From the IMG/VR virus record IMGVR_UViG_3300020395_000007, positions 1-60,735 of that record: DNA of 60,735 nt; one strand, written 5' to 3'. The stretch is from a virus. Taxonomy: Duplodnaviria; Caudoviricetes. The stretch's first letter is position 1. Each line of letters begins with the position of its first letter. The notes beneath the pieces are model-generated. The model saw only the letters and a list, made by a program, of their open reading frames with translations, ran no database searches and was not told where the DNA came from. Shown one piece after another: positions 1 to 7,072 of the stretch. The position numbers and the translations under genes are program-made.

Positions 1-3
1 ATC

Positions 4-222
4 ATGCAACATGATTTTGACACATTCCAGGATCGTAATGAATATCGTGAAGGATGTGTTCATGCTTTCGTTGATAAGAATACTGGAGAAGTTTACAAAC
101 CAGCATCATATAACTCTCCAGCAAAGCACGTTAGATATGATTTAAGGATCATAAATGATCGTGCTAAGTTACATGATCCAGCATATACTGGATGGGCAGG
201 TGGTTATCTCTATATGAGATAA
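4..222 (+). CDS. Conserved cyanophage early hypothetical protein (probably 5'-truncated by the window edge)
   Basis: ORF with VHAFVDKNTGEVYKPAS-PAKHVRY motif typical of cyanomyophage small proteins; followed by a terminator. Confidence 0.7.
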   Translation: MQHDFDTFQDRNEYREGCVHAFVDKNTGEVYKPASYNSPAKHVRYDLRIINDRAKLHDPAYTGWAGGYLYMR

Positions 223-234
223 TCACTTTTTTTT
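200..234 (+). terminator. Intrinsic terminator
   Basis: GTGGTTATCTC-TATAT-GAGATAATCAC stem followed by T8. Confidence 0.8.
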
Positions 235-241
235 GTTAATA

Positions 242-273
242 AGGGGGGAACCTCTAAAGTGTCCTTATAGTGA
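242..273 (+). promoter_or_regulatory. Dispersed ~33-bp repeat copy 1 (putative early promoter)
   Basis: AGGGGGGAACCTCTAAAGTGTCCTTATAGTGA; TATAGT at 266-271, with G6 17 bp upstream; lies directly after a terminator and before an ORF. Confidence 0.75.
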
Positions 274-308
274 GGGGACAACCCCACAGTTTATTAAATT
301 GACTACTT

Positions 309-623
309 ATGGCAACAAGAAGAAGAAGATCTACCGCAAAAGCAACTGCTACTGCACCAACTTCTCCATCTATTGTTAAAGAAACAAAGGTAGTTTCTGT
401 TAAGAAGTCATCAATTAAAGCACCTAAAAGTGTAAATAAAGTTACACAACCAAAGGTGAATAAAGTGACTGAAGTAACAGAATCTCCAACAAATAACAAT
501 CTTGATTTACATAAAATCGTGAAAGATTATCCTCGTGATGCTTTTGCAATCGCTCTCCTTCCTTTACTATTATTGGAAGCATTAACCAAAGAAGGGTTAA
601 AGTTAGCAGGTGTAAGTCTCTAA
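309..623 (+). CDS. Hypothetical basic Lys/Thr-rich protein with C-terminal hydrophobic helix
   Basis: 104-aa ORF; RRRR N-terminus, VNKVT duplicated, AFAIALLPLLLLEAL. Confidence 0.7.
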   Translation: MATRRRRSTAKATATAPTSPSIVKETKVVSVKKSSIKAPKSVNKVTQPKVNKVTEVTESPTNNNLDLHKIVKDYPRDAFAIALLPLLLLEALTKEGLKLAGVSL

Positions 624-637
624 GATTAATAACACTT

Positions 638-672
638 AGGGGATTGCAAAATCCCCTTTTTTATGTTAAAAT
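638..672 (+). terminator. Intrinsic terminator with embedded sigma70-like promoter
   Basis: AGGGGATT-GCAA-AATCCCCT plus T-run; TTGCAA(644-649)-17bp-TAAAAT(667-672) with TG extended -10. Confidence 0.7.
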
Positions 673-685
673 TTACTTTATTATT

Positions 686-1606
686 ATGCAAAACAAACAT
701 TTAGAACACCCAGAAGATAGTGTTATTAGTGGTGACTTAAATGTATTAAATTGGTTCACTGCTAATGATAACATATCAGTAAAGATTGATGGTTCTCCAG
801 CAATAGTTTGGGGTACTAATCCTTCTAATAATAAATTCTTTGTAGGAACAAAAAGTGTCTTCAACAAATACAAAATCAAAGTCAACTATAACCATAGAGA
901 CATTGATAACAACCATAAAGGAGAAGTGGCAAATATTTTGCATCACTGCCTTGATAATCTTCCTGTTACAGATATTATCTACCAAGGTGATTTTATCGGT
1001 TTTGGTGGCAGCGATAATTACAATCCTAATACCATCAGATATTATTTCCAAGATAAAGTAACAAATAATATTATAATTGCACCTCATACTTATTACTATT
1101 CACATAAGGATTTGAGAGATGCAGTTGCATTTCCATTGAGAAATAACCTAGAAAGTAATGATAATGTATTATTCATTAAACCTAGAGTAGGTATTAATCA
1201 TTCAGGTTATCTTTCAGGTGAAAATATATTTAATAGATGTAATTTCGCAAGGCAGATAGCAACATTGTGTGAATTTCCTGGAACTAAAACACATATAAGA
1301 GAGATAATCAAAGAGATTAATTCATATTATAAGGCAGGTATTGAGATAGATGATGATTACTTAGTTTCCATTGCCGTTGATACTAATTGTGACATAAATG
1401 TTCTACGTTTATGGAAATTAGTACAGTCAATTAAGATGGATATGTTATACTATATCGACCATGATCGTAGTTTAGAATGTTACATTGAGGAAGAGAGATG
1501 TGGGCATGAAGGTTTTGTTTTAACCAACGATTACGGTGCATATAAAGTTATTGATCGTGATAGATTCTCTTCTGCAAACTTCAACTTAGGAGTGCAATCA
1601 ACATGA
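686..1606 (+). CDS. Conserved cyanophage protein with nucleotidyltransferase/RNA-ligase-like motifs (DUF6267-like)
   Basis: ATG at 686 (MQNKHLEHPED); KIDG, YQGDF and HEGFVL...YKVIDR motifs. Confidence 0.65.
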   Translation: MQNKHLEHPEDSVISGDLNVLNWFTANDNISVKIDGSPAIVWGTNPSNNKFFVGTKSVFNKYKIKVNYNHRDIDNNHKGEVANILHHCLDNLPVTDIIYQGDFIGFGGSDNYNPNTIRYYFQDKVTNNIIIAPHTYYYSHKDLRDAVAFPLRNNLESNDNVLFIKPRVGINHSGYLSGENIFNRCNFARQIATLCEFPGTKTHIREIIKEINSYYKAGIEIDDDYLVSIAVDTNCDINVLRLWKLVQSIKMDMLYYIDHDRSLECYIEEERCGHEGFVLTNDYGAYKVIDRDRFSSANFNLGVQST

Positions 1607-1983
1607 CATTATATACATCAGGTGAATATATTGACTCTGAAATAGCACTTCGTAGTCATTATTTCATTACTAATAAATATCCTCTACTTCGTAAATATGA
1701 TGTAGAGGTAAACTATTGTGACCTATCTGAGGACAATGTTAAAGGTTGGCAGGAGAAGAATGGTGATGAGTTCTTAATACATATCGACACAAATATCGTG
1801 AAAGATTATCAAGAACACGTTAAAACATTATTGCATGAGTTTATACATTGTTGTCAAGATATACGTGGAGTTACTAACAATGAAGAGCGTGAATGTGAAG
1901 CATATAAGTTAGAAGAACTATATTTTGATGAATTTAATAGGGGGGAACCTCTAAACTGTCCTTATAGTGTAGATAACCATTAA
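1603..1983 (+). CDS. Putative HEXXH zinc metallopeptidase-like protein
   Basis: TLLHEFIHCCQ followed by E-rich EERECEAY. Confidence 0.65.
   Translation: MTLYTSGEYIDSEIALRSHYFITNKYPLLRKYDVEVNYCDLSEDNVKGWQEKNGDEFLIHIDTNIVKDYQEHVKTLLHEFIHCCQDIRGVTNNEERECEAYKLEELYFDEFNRGEPLNCPYSVDNH
1939..1971 (+). promoter_or_regulatory. Dispersed repeat copy 2 (putative early promoter)
   Basis: AGGGGGGAACCTCTAAACTGTCCTTATAGTGTA, overlapping the 3' end of the HEXXH gene. Confidence 0.75.
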
Positions 1984-1987
1984 ATCT

Positions 1988-2179
1988 ATGACTCAAATCA
2001 AACATTTCTGTTCACCCATTGATGATTGTTGCTTTGAGTATAAAATAGTCGATGGCAATCTATCATATAAGATTCAAGATTGCGATTGGCAAGATTTTAT
2101 ACTTGAGGACAAAAGAGCATATTCAGATGAAGAATATGCAGAGTTCTTATCACTTTTGGAGGACGATTCCAATGTTTAG
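1988..2179 (+). CDS. Hypothetical protein
   Basis: 63-aa ORF immediately after repeat copy 2. Confidence 0.65.
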   Translation: MTQIKHFCSPIDDCCFEYKIVDGNLSYKIQDCDWQDFILEDKRAYSDEEYAEFLSLLEDDSNV

Positions 2180-2399
2180 AAGTGAACATTTTGGTAGAAT
2201 ATTCTGGGTTGATGATAATGACGACTTCAGATCTTGCCCACAAAATGTAGACGGAACTGGTGATTTTACCTGTGAAGATTATGTTTGTGAGTGGGACGAT
2301 TGGGAAGGAGTTAATTATGATATACTCTTTAATATTCATCAGTCTTGTGTAATTAACAAGAACGATTACTCTAATTCATTAACAATCAACGGAGTGTAA
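2172..2399 (+). CDS. Hypothetical acidic protein
   Basis: ATG 2172 (MFRSEHFGRIFWVDD) overlaps the upstream gene end; ends in a terminator stem. Confidence 0.65.
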   Translation: MFRSEHFGRIFWVDDNDDFRSCPQNVDGTGDFTCEDYVCEWDDWEGVNYDILFNIHQSCVINKNDYSNSLTINGV

Positions 2400-2414
2400 T
2401 TACACTCCTTTTTT
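2391..2414 (+). terminator. Intrinsic terminator
   Basis: GGAGTGTA...TACACTCC followed by T6. Confidence 0.75.
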
Positions 2415-2420
2415 ATTATT

Positions 2421-2627
2421 ATGTCATACAAGATTGAAGTTGATGTTACATCAGCAGTTCAGGATTTCTATCCAGGATTATCAAATAGTGAGATAGATTT
2501 ACTCGCTAAAAATATATCAGAGAATTGGGATTACTCCTCTCTGTTTAATACTTTATCAGAGAGAATATGGGAGTATGCACAATTTAATGATATAGATTTG
2601 TACCAAAAAGATGGAGTTTATGAATGA
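2421..2627 (+). CDS. Hypothetical protein
   Basis: 68-aa ORF; ATGA overlap with next gene. Confidence 0.65.
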   Translation: MSYKIEVDVTSAVQDFYPGLSNSEIDLLAKNISENWDYSSLFNTLSERIWEYAQFNDIDLYQKDGVYE

Positions 2628-2866
2628 CTAATTTGACACTAAATGAATACATAAAGAAGAACTTACCGAACTTAGTACAAGTTAAGAGGGTTAATCGTTA
2701 CACTAGAGCAGGTAAGAATGGTAAACAAATTACATGTCCTATGTGTAACAAATCCCATAACGTATTTCACTTTAGTTGGAGTGCATTAACTTGTCAATCA
2801 TGTAAGGAAAGTATTAACAAAGAAGACTGGATTCTGGAGGTTATTAAACATGAAGTGGGACGTTAA
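2624..2866 (+). CDS. Small zinc-ribbon protein
   Basis: CPMC...CQSC; RYTRAGKNGK motif; GGAG RBS upstream. Confidence 0.7.
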   Translation: MTNLTLNEYIKKNLPNLVQVKRVNRYTRAGKNGKQITCPMCNKSHNVFHFSWSALTCQSCKESINKEDWILEVIKHEVGR

Positions 2867-2996
2867 ATTATATGTTGGAGGGCAAGTTTTCACAGAAAAT
2901 GTTATCGCCACCAACATGTCTAATGCTAGACAAACAGCAATAGCACGTAATCCTACTGCTAAAGTTATATCAGTAACCGCAAGTTTCAGGGATTAA
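2850..2996 (+). CDS. Conserved small cyanophage protein (48 aa, not in ORF track)
   Basis: GGAGG RBS at 2836; MKWDVKLYVGGQVFTENV...ARNPTAKVISV. Confidence 0.7.
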   Translation: MKWDVKLYVGGQVFTENVIATNMSNARQTAIARNPTAKVISVTASFRD

Positions 2997-3001
2997 ATAT
3001 T

Positions 3002-3034
3002 AGGGGGGAACCTCTAAAGTGTCCCTATAGTGTA
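3002..3034 (+). promoter_or_regulatory. Dispersed repeat copy 3 (putative early promoter)
   Basis: AGGGGGGAACCTCTAAAGTGTCCCTATAGTGTA. Confidence 0.75.
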
Positions 3035-3114
3035 AGGGATCAACTCCAGTCATGGGTAATGCCTCTGAGATCACCTGATCCCCTTACACTACTAAATTTT
3101 TTGATCTATTGTTT

Positions 3115-3267
3115 ATGTCAACTCTAGCAAATGAAGTCATTTTCGAGACATTATTTGAGGAAACATTAGAGGAGTTAGGTATAAACGAAGATTCGCTATT
3201 TTATGCTGATGCTTACAAAATGGCACAGTCAATAGCAATGGATAAGTTTCTATCTAACAACCCTTAA
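3115..3267 (+). CDS. Small acidic hypothetical protein (50 aa, not in ORF track)
   Basis: MSTLANEVIFETLFEETLEELG...; first ORF after repeat copy 3. Confidence 0.6.
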   Translation: MSTLANEVIFETLFEETLEELGINEDSLFYADAYKMAQSIAMDKFLSNNP

Positions 3268-3292
3268 TTCACTTCACTAATTATCAATTAAA

Positions 3293-3478
3293 ATGACAAA
3301 ACCAACAAACTATTCTGACAAGTTCCGCACTTTAACTATCACTGAAGCAGAAGAAACTGCACTCGTTGAGATAATAAAATACTTCAACGATATGGGTCTT
3401 CCAGAGAATGTTAATTTTGACGATTACGATTCTCTAAGTGATAAAGTTTGCGAACCTGCATTCTGGGAGTATAGTTAA
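3293..3478 (+). CDS. Hypothetical protein
   Basis: 61-aa ORF ending in a terminator. Confidence 0.65.
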   Translation: MTKPTNYSDKFRTLTITEAEETALVEIIKYFNDMGLPENVNFDDYDSLSDKVCEPAFWEYS

Positions 3479-3491
3479 TACTCCCTTTTTT
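3465..3491 (+). terminator. Intrinsic terminator
   Basis: GGGAGTAT-AGTTA-ATACTCCC followed by T6. Confidence 0.75.
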
Positions 3492-3513
3492 CTGTCCTTT
3501 ATTATTACTTACC

Positions 3514-3768
3514 ATGCCAACTATTAAAGAACTTATTACTTTTGTAGACTATGTTTGGTCATTTTATGGTGAACATAGTGATACACTTTATCCTATCAAA
3601 GGTTTAGAAAAAAGACATATTTGGGATGCCTATTTTACATATAAGGATAGAATCCTTAAAGGTGATTTAGAATATGTGCATTATGAGTGGGGAGATGGTG
3701 ATAGTTTAGATCGTGAAAGAGTAAGAGATATTATACTTGAAAACCCACAATTTTCCTGGAGTTATTAA
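3514..3768 (+). CDS. Conserved cyanophage hypothetical protein
   Basis: FVDYVWSFYG...GDSLDRERVRDII. Confidence 0.7.
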   Translation: MPTIKELITFVDYVWSFYGEHSDTLYPIKGLEKRHIWDAYFTYKDRILKGDLEYVHYEWGDGDSLDRERVRDIILENPQFSWSY

Positions 3769-3770
3769 CA

Positions 3771-4022
3771 ATGAAACAACTCAATTCTACTCAAAGAAGT
3801 GAACTAATTTCACAATATTGTGAGTTAGTTGTTGATGGTATGGATTACAAATCTTTAGAGCAATATGTACATGAAACAATGGTAGATTACATTGAGAAGT
3901 TATCAGATAGTGAGATAAAAGAAGAGGTTGATAACTATGATGAGGAATTATTTGATGAGTTAGTTGATAACGTAACTAACGAAACTGTACTTGACATTAA
4001 CAACAACGGAGGTAAATTCTAA
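3771..4022 (+). CDS. Hypothetical acidic protein
   Basis: 83-aa ORF, GGAG RBS, tight packing. Confidence 0.7.
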   Translation: MKQLNSTQRSELISQYCELVVDGMDYKSLEQYVHETMVDYIEKLSDSEIKEEVDNYDEELFDELVDNVTNETVLDINNNGGKF

Positions 4023-4252
4023 TGTCCGAACTATTAAACAGTTACACATTTGAGGCAAAGAAAATTGTATATTATTCAGTAACAGTTGGTGCTAATAATA
4101 AAACAGAAGCAAAAAGAATTGCATCTGATTTTGATCATTGCAAACATTATGAAGAGGTTGAGTATTGCGAAGGGTATGAATATAAGGTAGGTAAGTTATT
4201 AGAATCAACTGACGATAAGGCAAATAAATCTATTAGAGCAAGGGAGGATTAG
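4022..4252 (+). CDS. Hypothetical protein
   Basis: GGAGG RBS, TAATG overlap. Confidence 0.7.
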   Translation: MSELLNSYTFEAKKIVYYSVTVGANNKTEAKRIASDFDHCKHYEEVEYCEGYEYKVGKLLESTDDKANKSIRARED

Positions 4253-4444
4253 ATGAGACAACTAACACTAACCAATGCTCAATTTGCTGCATTATATGAT
4301 ATTTTAGCAGAAACAGTTGAGTATATTGAAGGTGACCTAATCACTACAGAAGATGAGAATGGAAATGAAATAAGAGAAGACATAACTGAATATGAAGCAT
4401 ATCAAATCTTTCAACTAATTAAAAACATTCGAGGACAATCGTAA
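4253..4444 (+). CDS. Hypothetical protein
   Basis: GGAGG RBS; abuts upstream stop. Confidence 0.7.
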   Translation: MRQLTLTNAQFAALYDILAETVEYIEGDLITTEDENGNEIREDITEYEAYQIFQLIKNIRGQS

Positions 4445-4623
4445 TGGCAACTTATCAACAATGGTCACAATCTTACTTTCCTGATTTAACACCAGACCAG
4501 CACAATATGAATAATAGATGGTTTCAATCTATTAGAGACAAACTAACAGATAGTGGTGTATTATATGTGCCTATTCTTGATAAAGAGTTTAGCAAATCAG
4601 GCGAGGAGATTAACAATGACTGA
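4444..4623 (+). CDS. Hypothetical protein (59 aa, not in ORF track)
   Basis: TAATG overlap; MATYQQWSQSYFPDLTP...GEEINND. Confidence 0.65.
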   Translation: MATYQQWSQSYFPDLTPDQHNMNNRWFQSIRDKLTDSGVLYVPILDKEFSKSGEEINND

Positions 4624-4747
4624 TGAAGAATATGCAGAGTGTGTTGATAGTTTAGTAGACAGAATGAAGTCAACTAAGTATAACTCTCAATCACAATCTC
4701 CAGGAGATGATGTTATCGAAGACAATGAAGTATTAGGGAGATGTTAA
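4616..4747 (+). CDS. Hypothetical protein (43 aa)
   Basis: GAGGAG RBS before ATG 4616; ends in a terminator. Confidence 0.55.
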   Translation: MTDEEYAECVDSLVDRMKSTKYNSQSQSPGDDVIEDNEVLGRC

Positions 4748-4763
4748 TAGTATCTCCCTTTTT
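4735..4763 (+). terminator. Intrinsic terminator
   Basis: AGGGAGAT...ATCTCCCT followed by a T-run. Confidence 0.75.
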
Positions 4764-4943
4764 ATTGTCTTCACTAAGTATAACAAATTATCGGAGATTC
4801 TCTCTTATACGAGATGCGAAAGCGATTTTTTTGTAGCATTAATTAACACAAACCCTCTACACATATCCTGGAAATTATAACTAACTTTGTTCAGGTTTGT
4901 TCGAGAAAGTATCAATAATTCTTAAAAGGGATAAAATATCATA

Positions 4944-4976
4944 AGGGGGGAACCTCGAAAGTGTCCCTATAGTGTA
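4944..4976 (+). promoter_or_regulatory. Dispersed repeat copy 4 (putative early promoter)
   Basis: AGGGGGGAACCTCGAAAGTGTCCCTATAGTGTA. Confidence 0.75.
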
Positions 4977-4994
4977 GATAAGCATTTTCACTAC

Positions 4995-5342
4995 ATGAGA
5001 AAAATTGAGTCACAAATGAATAGAGCGATCCGCAACAAAGCAGATTGGTCTTCCTCAAATACTCAAGTTTCTTACAACGATTTTACTAATTGTTCTGAAG
5101 TGCGTTTACATGGTCATTCTATTGCAACATTTGACCACAATCTCAAAGCATTAAAGATTAGTTCTTGCGGATGGCAGACTGTCACTACCAAGTCACGCCT
5201 TAATGCTATACTAGATGAGGTTAAGTATGGTGCAAAAGTATTCCAAAGAAACTGGAATTGGTTCGTTAGTTACAACAATCAGACCGAAAGTTTCTGGGAT
5301 GGGATGATACTTATAGACGCAGATTCATTGACTATTGCATAA
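4995..5342 (+). CDS. Conserved cyanophage early hypothetical protein
   Basis: MRKIESQM...GWQTVTTKSRLNAIL...VFQRNWNWFV. Confidence 0.75.
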   Translation: MRKIESQMNRAIRNKADWSSSNTQVSYNDFTNCSEVRLHGHSIATFDHNLKALKISSCGWQTVTTKSRLNAILDEVKYGAKVFQRNWNWFVSYNNQTESFWDGMILIDADSLTIA

Positions 5343-5389
5343 GATTGTAAGTAAACTTCAGTAAACTCACTAACACTTTTTTCTTTATT

Positions 5390-5533
5390 ATGAGAACACT
5401 AACTAACATCGAGTATCGTGAACTTCAGAAAGAGTATTACAACGAAGTGCATGAATCTGATAGCATTTCTGTTTACTACTCCCCCGAATATTTCACACTT
5501 GATGGAAAGACCAGAGGCGAAATCTGGTACTAA
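5390..5533 (+). CDS. Small hypothetical protein (47 aa; paralog of 5966-6130)
   Basis: MRTLTNIEYRELQKEY...DSISVYYSPEYF. Confidence 0.6.
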   Translation: MRTLTNIEYRELQKEYYNEVHESDSISVYYSPEYFTLDGKTRGEIWY

Positions 5534-5543
5534 AATAACACTT

Positions 5544-5570
5544 AAGGGGTGATAATTGATCCCCTTTTTT
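5544..5570 (+). terminator. Intrinsic terminator
   Basis: AAGGGG...CCCCTT followed by a T-run; similar in sequence to the 638 terminator. Confidence 0.65.
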
Positions 5571-5603
5571 ATTGTCTACATTCACAATTACGGTATTAAA
5601 CTA

Positions 5604-5846
5604 ATGCAATTAACAGCAAAAGGAGGATCAATGTTATTAGATTTCTACCCAATTAAGGGGTGGGATGATATAACAATTCCTGGAAAGTTCCTCAGAATAT
5701 TAACATTTAGAGGAGAAACTCAGACTAAGAGAATAGTTAGCAGTGAAACTATGGATAGCGAAGTAATAGATAGAGTCGATAATTACGGATATAATGTAAC
5801 AGATTATCATACAATCCCCCAGTATAGTTCACAATCAGATGAGTAA
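5604..5846 (+). CDS. Conserved cyanophage hypothetical protein
   Basis: ATG 5604, MQLTAKGGSMLLDFYP. Confidence 0.65.
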   Translation: MQLTAKGGSMLLDFYPIKGWDDITIPGKFLRILTFRGETQTKRIVSSETMDSEVIDRVDNYGYNVTDYHTIPQYSSQSDE

Positions 5847-5976
5847 ATTACAGTGGACATTATTTACATTTACTGGTATAATATTCATAGTAAGTGTGAA
5901 CATCTGGGCAGCAAAGAGAGATCATAAGTTATTACAACATTACACAACTTACCCCGAACTTTATTATGAACCGTAA
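5839..5976 (+). CDS. Small membrane peptide (45 aa)
   Basis: WTLFTFTGIIFIVSVNIWAA hydrophobic segment; overlaps both neighbours. Confidence 0.55.
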   Translation: MSKLQWTLFTFTGIIFIVSVNIWAAKRDHKLLQHYTTYPELYYEP

Positions 5977-6130
5977 ACCACTAACTGTTAATCAGTACGA
6001 ACAATTACAGAAAGAGTTTGATTTTAAGGATCAGCAATATGACTCTGTTAATTGTTACCATAGTCCGTTATATTACAATAATCCTTTATACTTTAATCCA
6101 CTAACTTATGAGGTAATTGACAATGACTAA
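5966..6130 (+). CDS. Small hypothetical protein (54 aa; paralog of 5390-5533)
   Basis: MNRKPLTVNQYEQLQKEF...DSVNCYHSPLYY. Confidence 0.6.
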   Translation: MNRKPLTVNQYEQLQKEFDFKDQQYDSVNCYHSPLYYNNPLYFNPLTYEVIDND

Positions 6131-6257
6131 AGACAAAGTTTACCCACAAATTGATAACATTCCAGAGAAAGTTTATCAAGATTGGTTATACATGAGAACA
6201 ACGCAATCTGATTATGCAAAGTGTTATAAACCATACCGTACTCTCAAGAATTATTAA
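6123..6257 (+). CDS. Small hypothetical protein (44 aa)
   Basis: GAGG RBS; MTKDKVYPQIDNIPE. Confidence 0.55.
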   Translation: MTKDKVYPQIDNIPEKVYQDWLYMRTTQSDYAKCYKPYRTLKNY

Positions 6258-6259
6258 CA

Positions 6260-6421
6260 ATGAAAGAGGACAAATTACCTAAGATGACTGTATATGAATG
6301 GAACGAAGATTTCTACAAAGAGATAATTAAGGATCATAATTTCAGTTTTGGTAAATTTAACCCCATCAATTATCCCCCTTATTATGAACAAAACAACAAC
6401 AAATCTGGAAAGAGATATTAG
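6260..6421 (+). CDS. Small hypothetical protein (53 aa)
   Basis: Tight packing after the previous stop; MKEDKLPKMTVYEW. Confidence 0.5.
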   Translation: MKEDKLPKMTVYEWNEDFYKEIIKDHNFSFGKFNPINYPPYYEQNNNKSGKRY

Positions 6422-6623
6422 TTATTGTATCGATTTCCTGGAATTAGATGATACTCAGATAGGTAATCTTCTGAGGGCATGTGAACAATTAGGTAACATC
6501 AGTTGTGAATACTTTTGTGAAGAATTTGTTTGTACTGATGATAACGAAGACCCTATACATGACCCCGATTATCTAAACATTAATGAGGTAAATCGTATAT
6601 ACTATAATAACATAAGCACATGA
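6384..6623 (+). CDS. Conserved cyanophage hypothetical protein
   Basis: LERDISYCIDFL...ISCEYFCEEFV. Confidence 0.65.
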   Translation: MNKTTTNLERDISYCIDFLELDDTQIGNLLRACEQLGNISCEYFCEEFVCTDDNEDPIHDPDYLNINEVNRIYYNNIST

Positions 6624-6787
6624 AATCGTTATTCTTTCTACCACTTAAGATCCTCAATTTCTTTATATGGATATTAATCGGATGGGTCGTATTAGGGGCA
6701 TTATCTAATAACGAAGATGTACCAAATATTGATCCTAAAGTAATACAATGTGAAACGTATTTAAGTGAGGAAGTATGCAACAATTAA
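6620..6787 (+). CDS. Small membrane protein (55 aa)
   Basis: ATGA overlap; ILNFFIWILIGWVVLGAL. Confidence 0.6.
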   Translation: MKSLFFLPLKILNFFIWILIGWVVLGALSNNEDVPNIDPKVIQCETYLSEEVCNN

Positions 6788-6921
6788 GAGAGAATATGGT
6801 CAAAGATCTTATCAGTTATTTCGCTAATAAGACCACAGATAGTATAAACGAAGATGAGGTATTATTCATTGTTAATTCACACTTTGATAGACACAGAATG
6901 AGGGTCAAAAATATACTATAA
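6775..6921 (+). CDS. Small hypothetical protein (48 aa)
   Basis: GAGG RBS; MQQLRENMVKDLISYF. Confidence 0.5.
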   Translation: MQQLRENMVKDLISYFANKTTDSINEDEVLFIVNSHFDRHRMRVKNIL

Positions 6922-6927
6922 ATAGTA

Positions 6928-7072
6928 AGTTTTCCACAATTAATGTTAATAATCTGTGGAAAACTACCTAATAGTTGTTGATAAATAGCAAATTAAATAG
7001 GGTTGCGTTGTTTATACCTTTTCCACATACTTGTTAAAAAGGTGTTAATTAGTGTGGAATATGTGTGGAATT
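6928..7072. other. Cluster of cyanobacterial-type DnaA boxes (oriC-like or DnaA-binding array)
   Basis: Perfect TTTTCCACA at 6930-6938, 6955-6963 (reverse) and 7019-7027; near matches at 6976-6984, 7053-7061, 7064-7072 and 7032-7040; AT-rich non-coding context. Confidence 0.6.

Noticed and set aside
6964-6990. TAA-TAG-TTG-TTG as DnaA-trios next to a DnaA box
   Set aside because: Too short and degenerate to tell from AT-rich background by eye.
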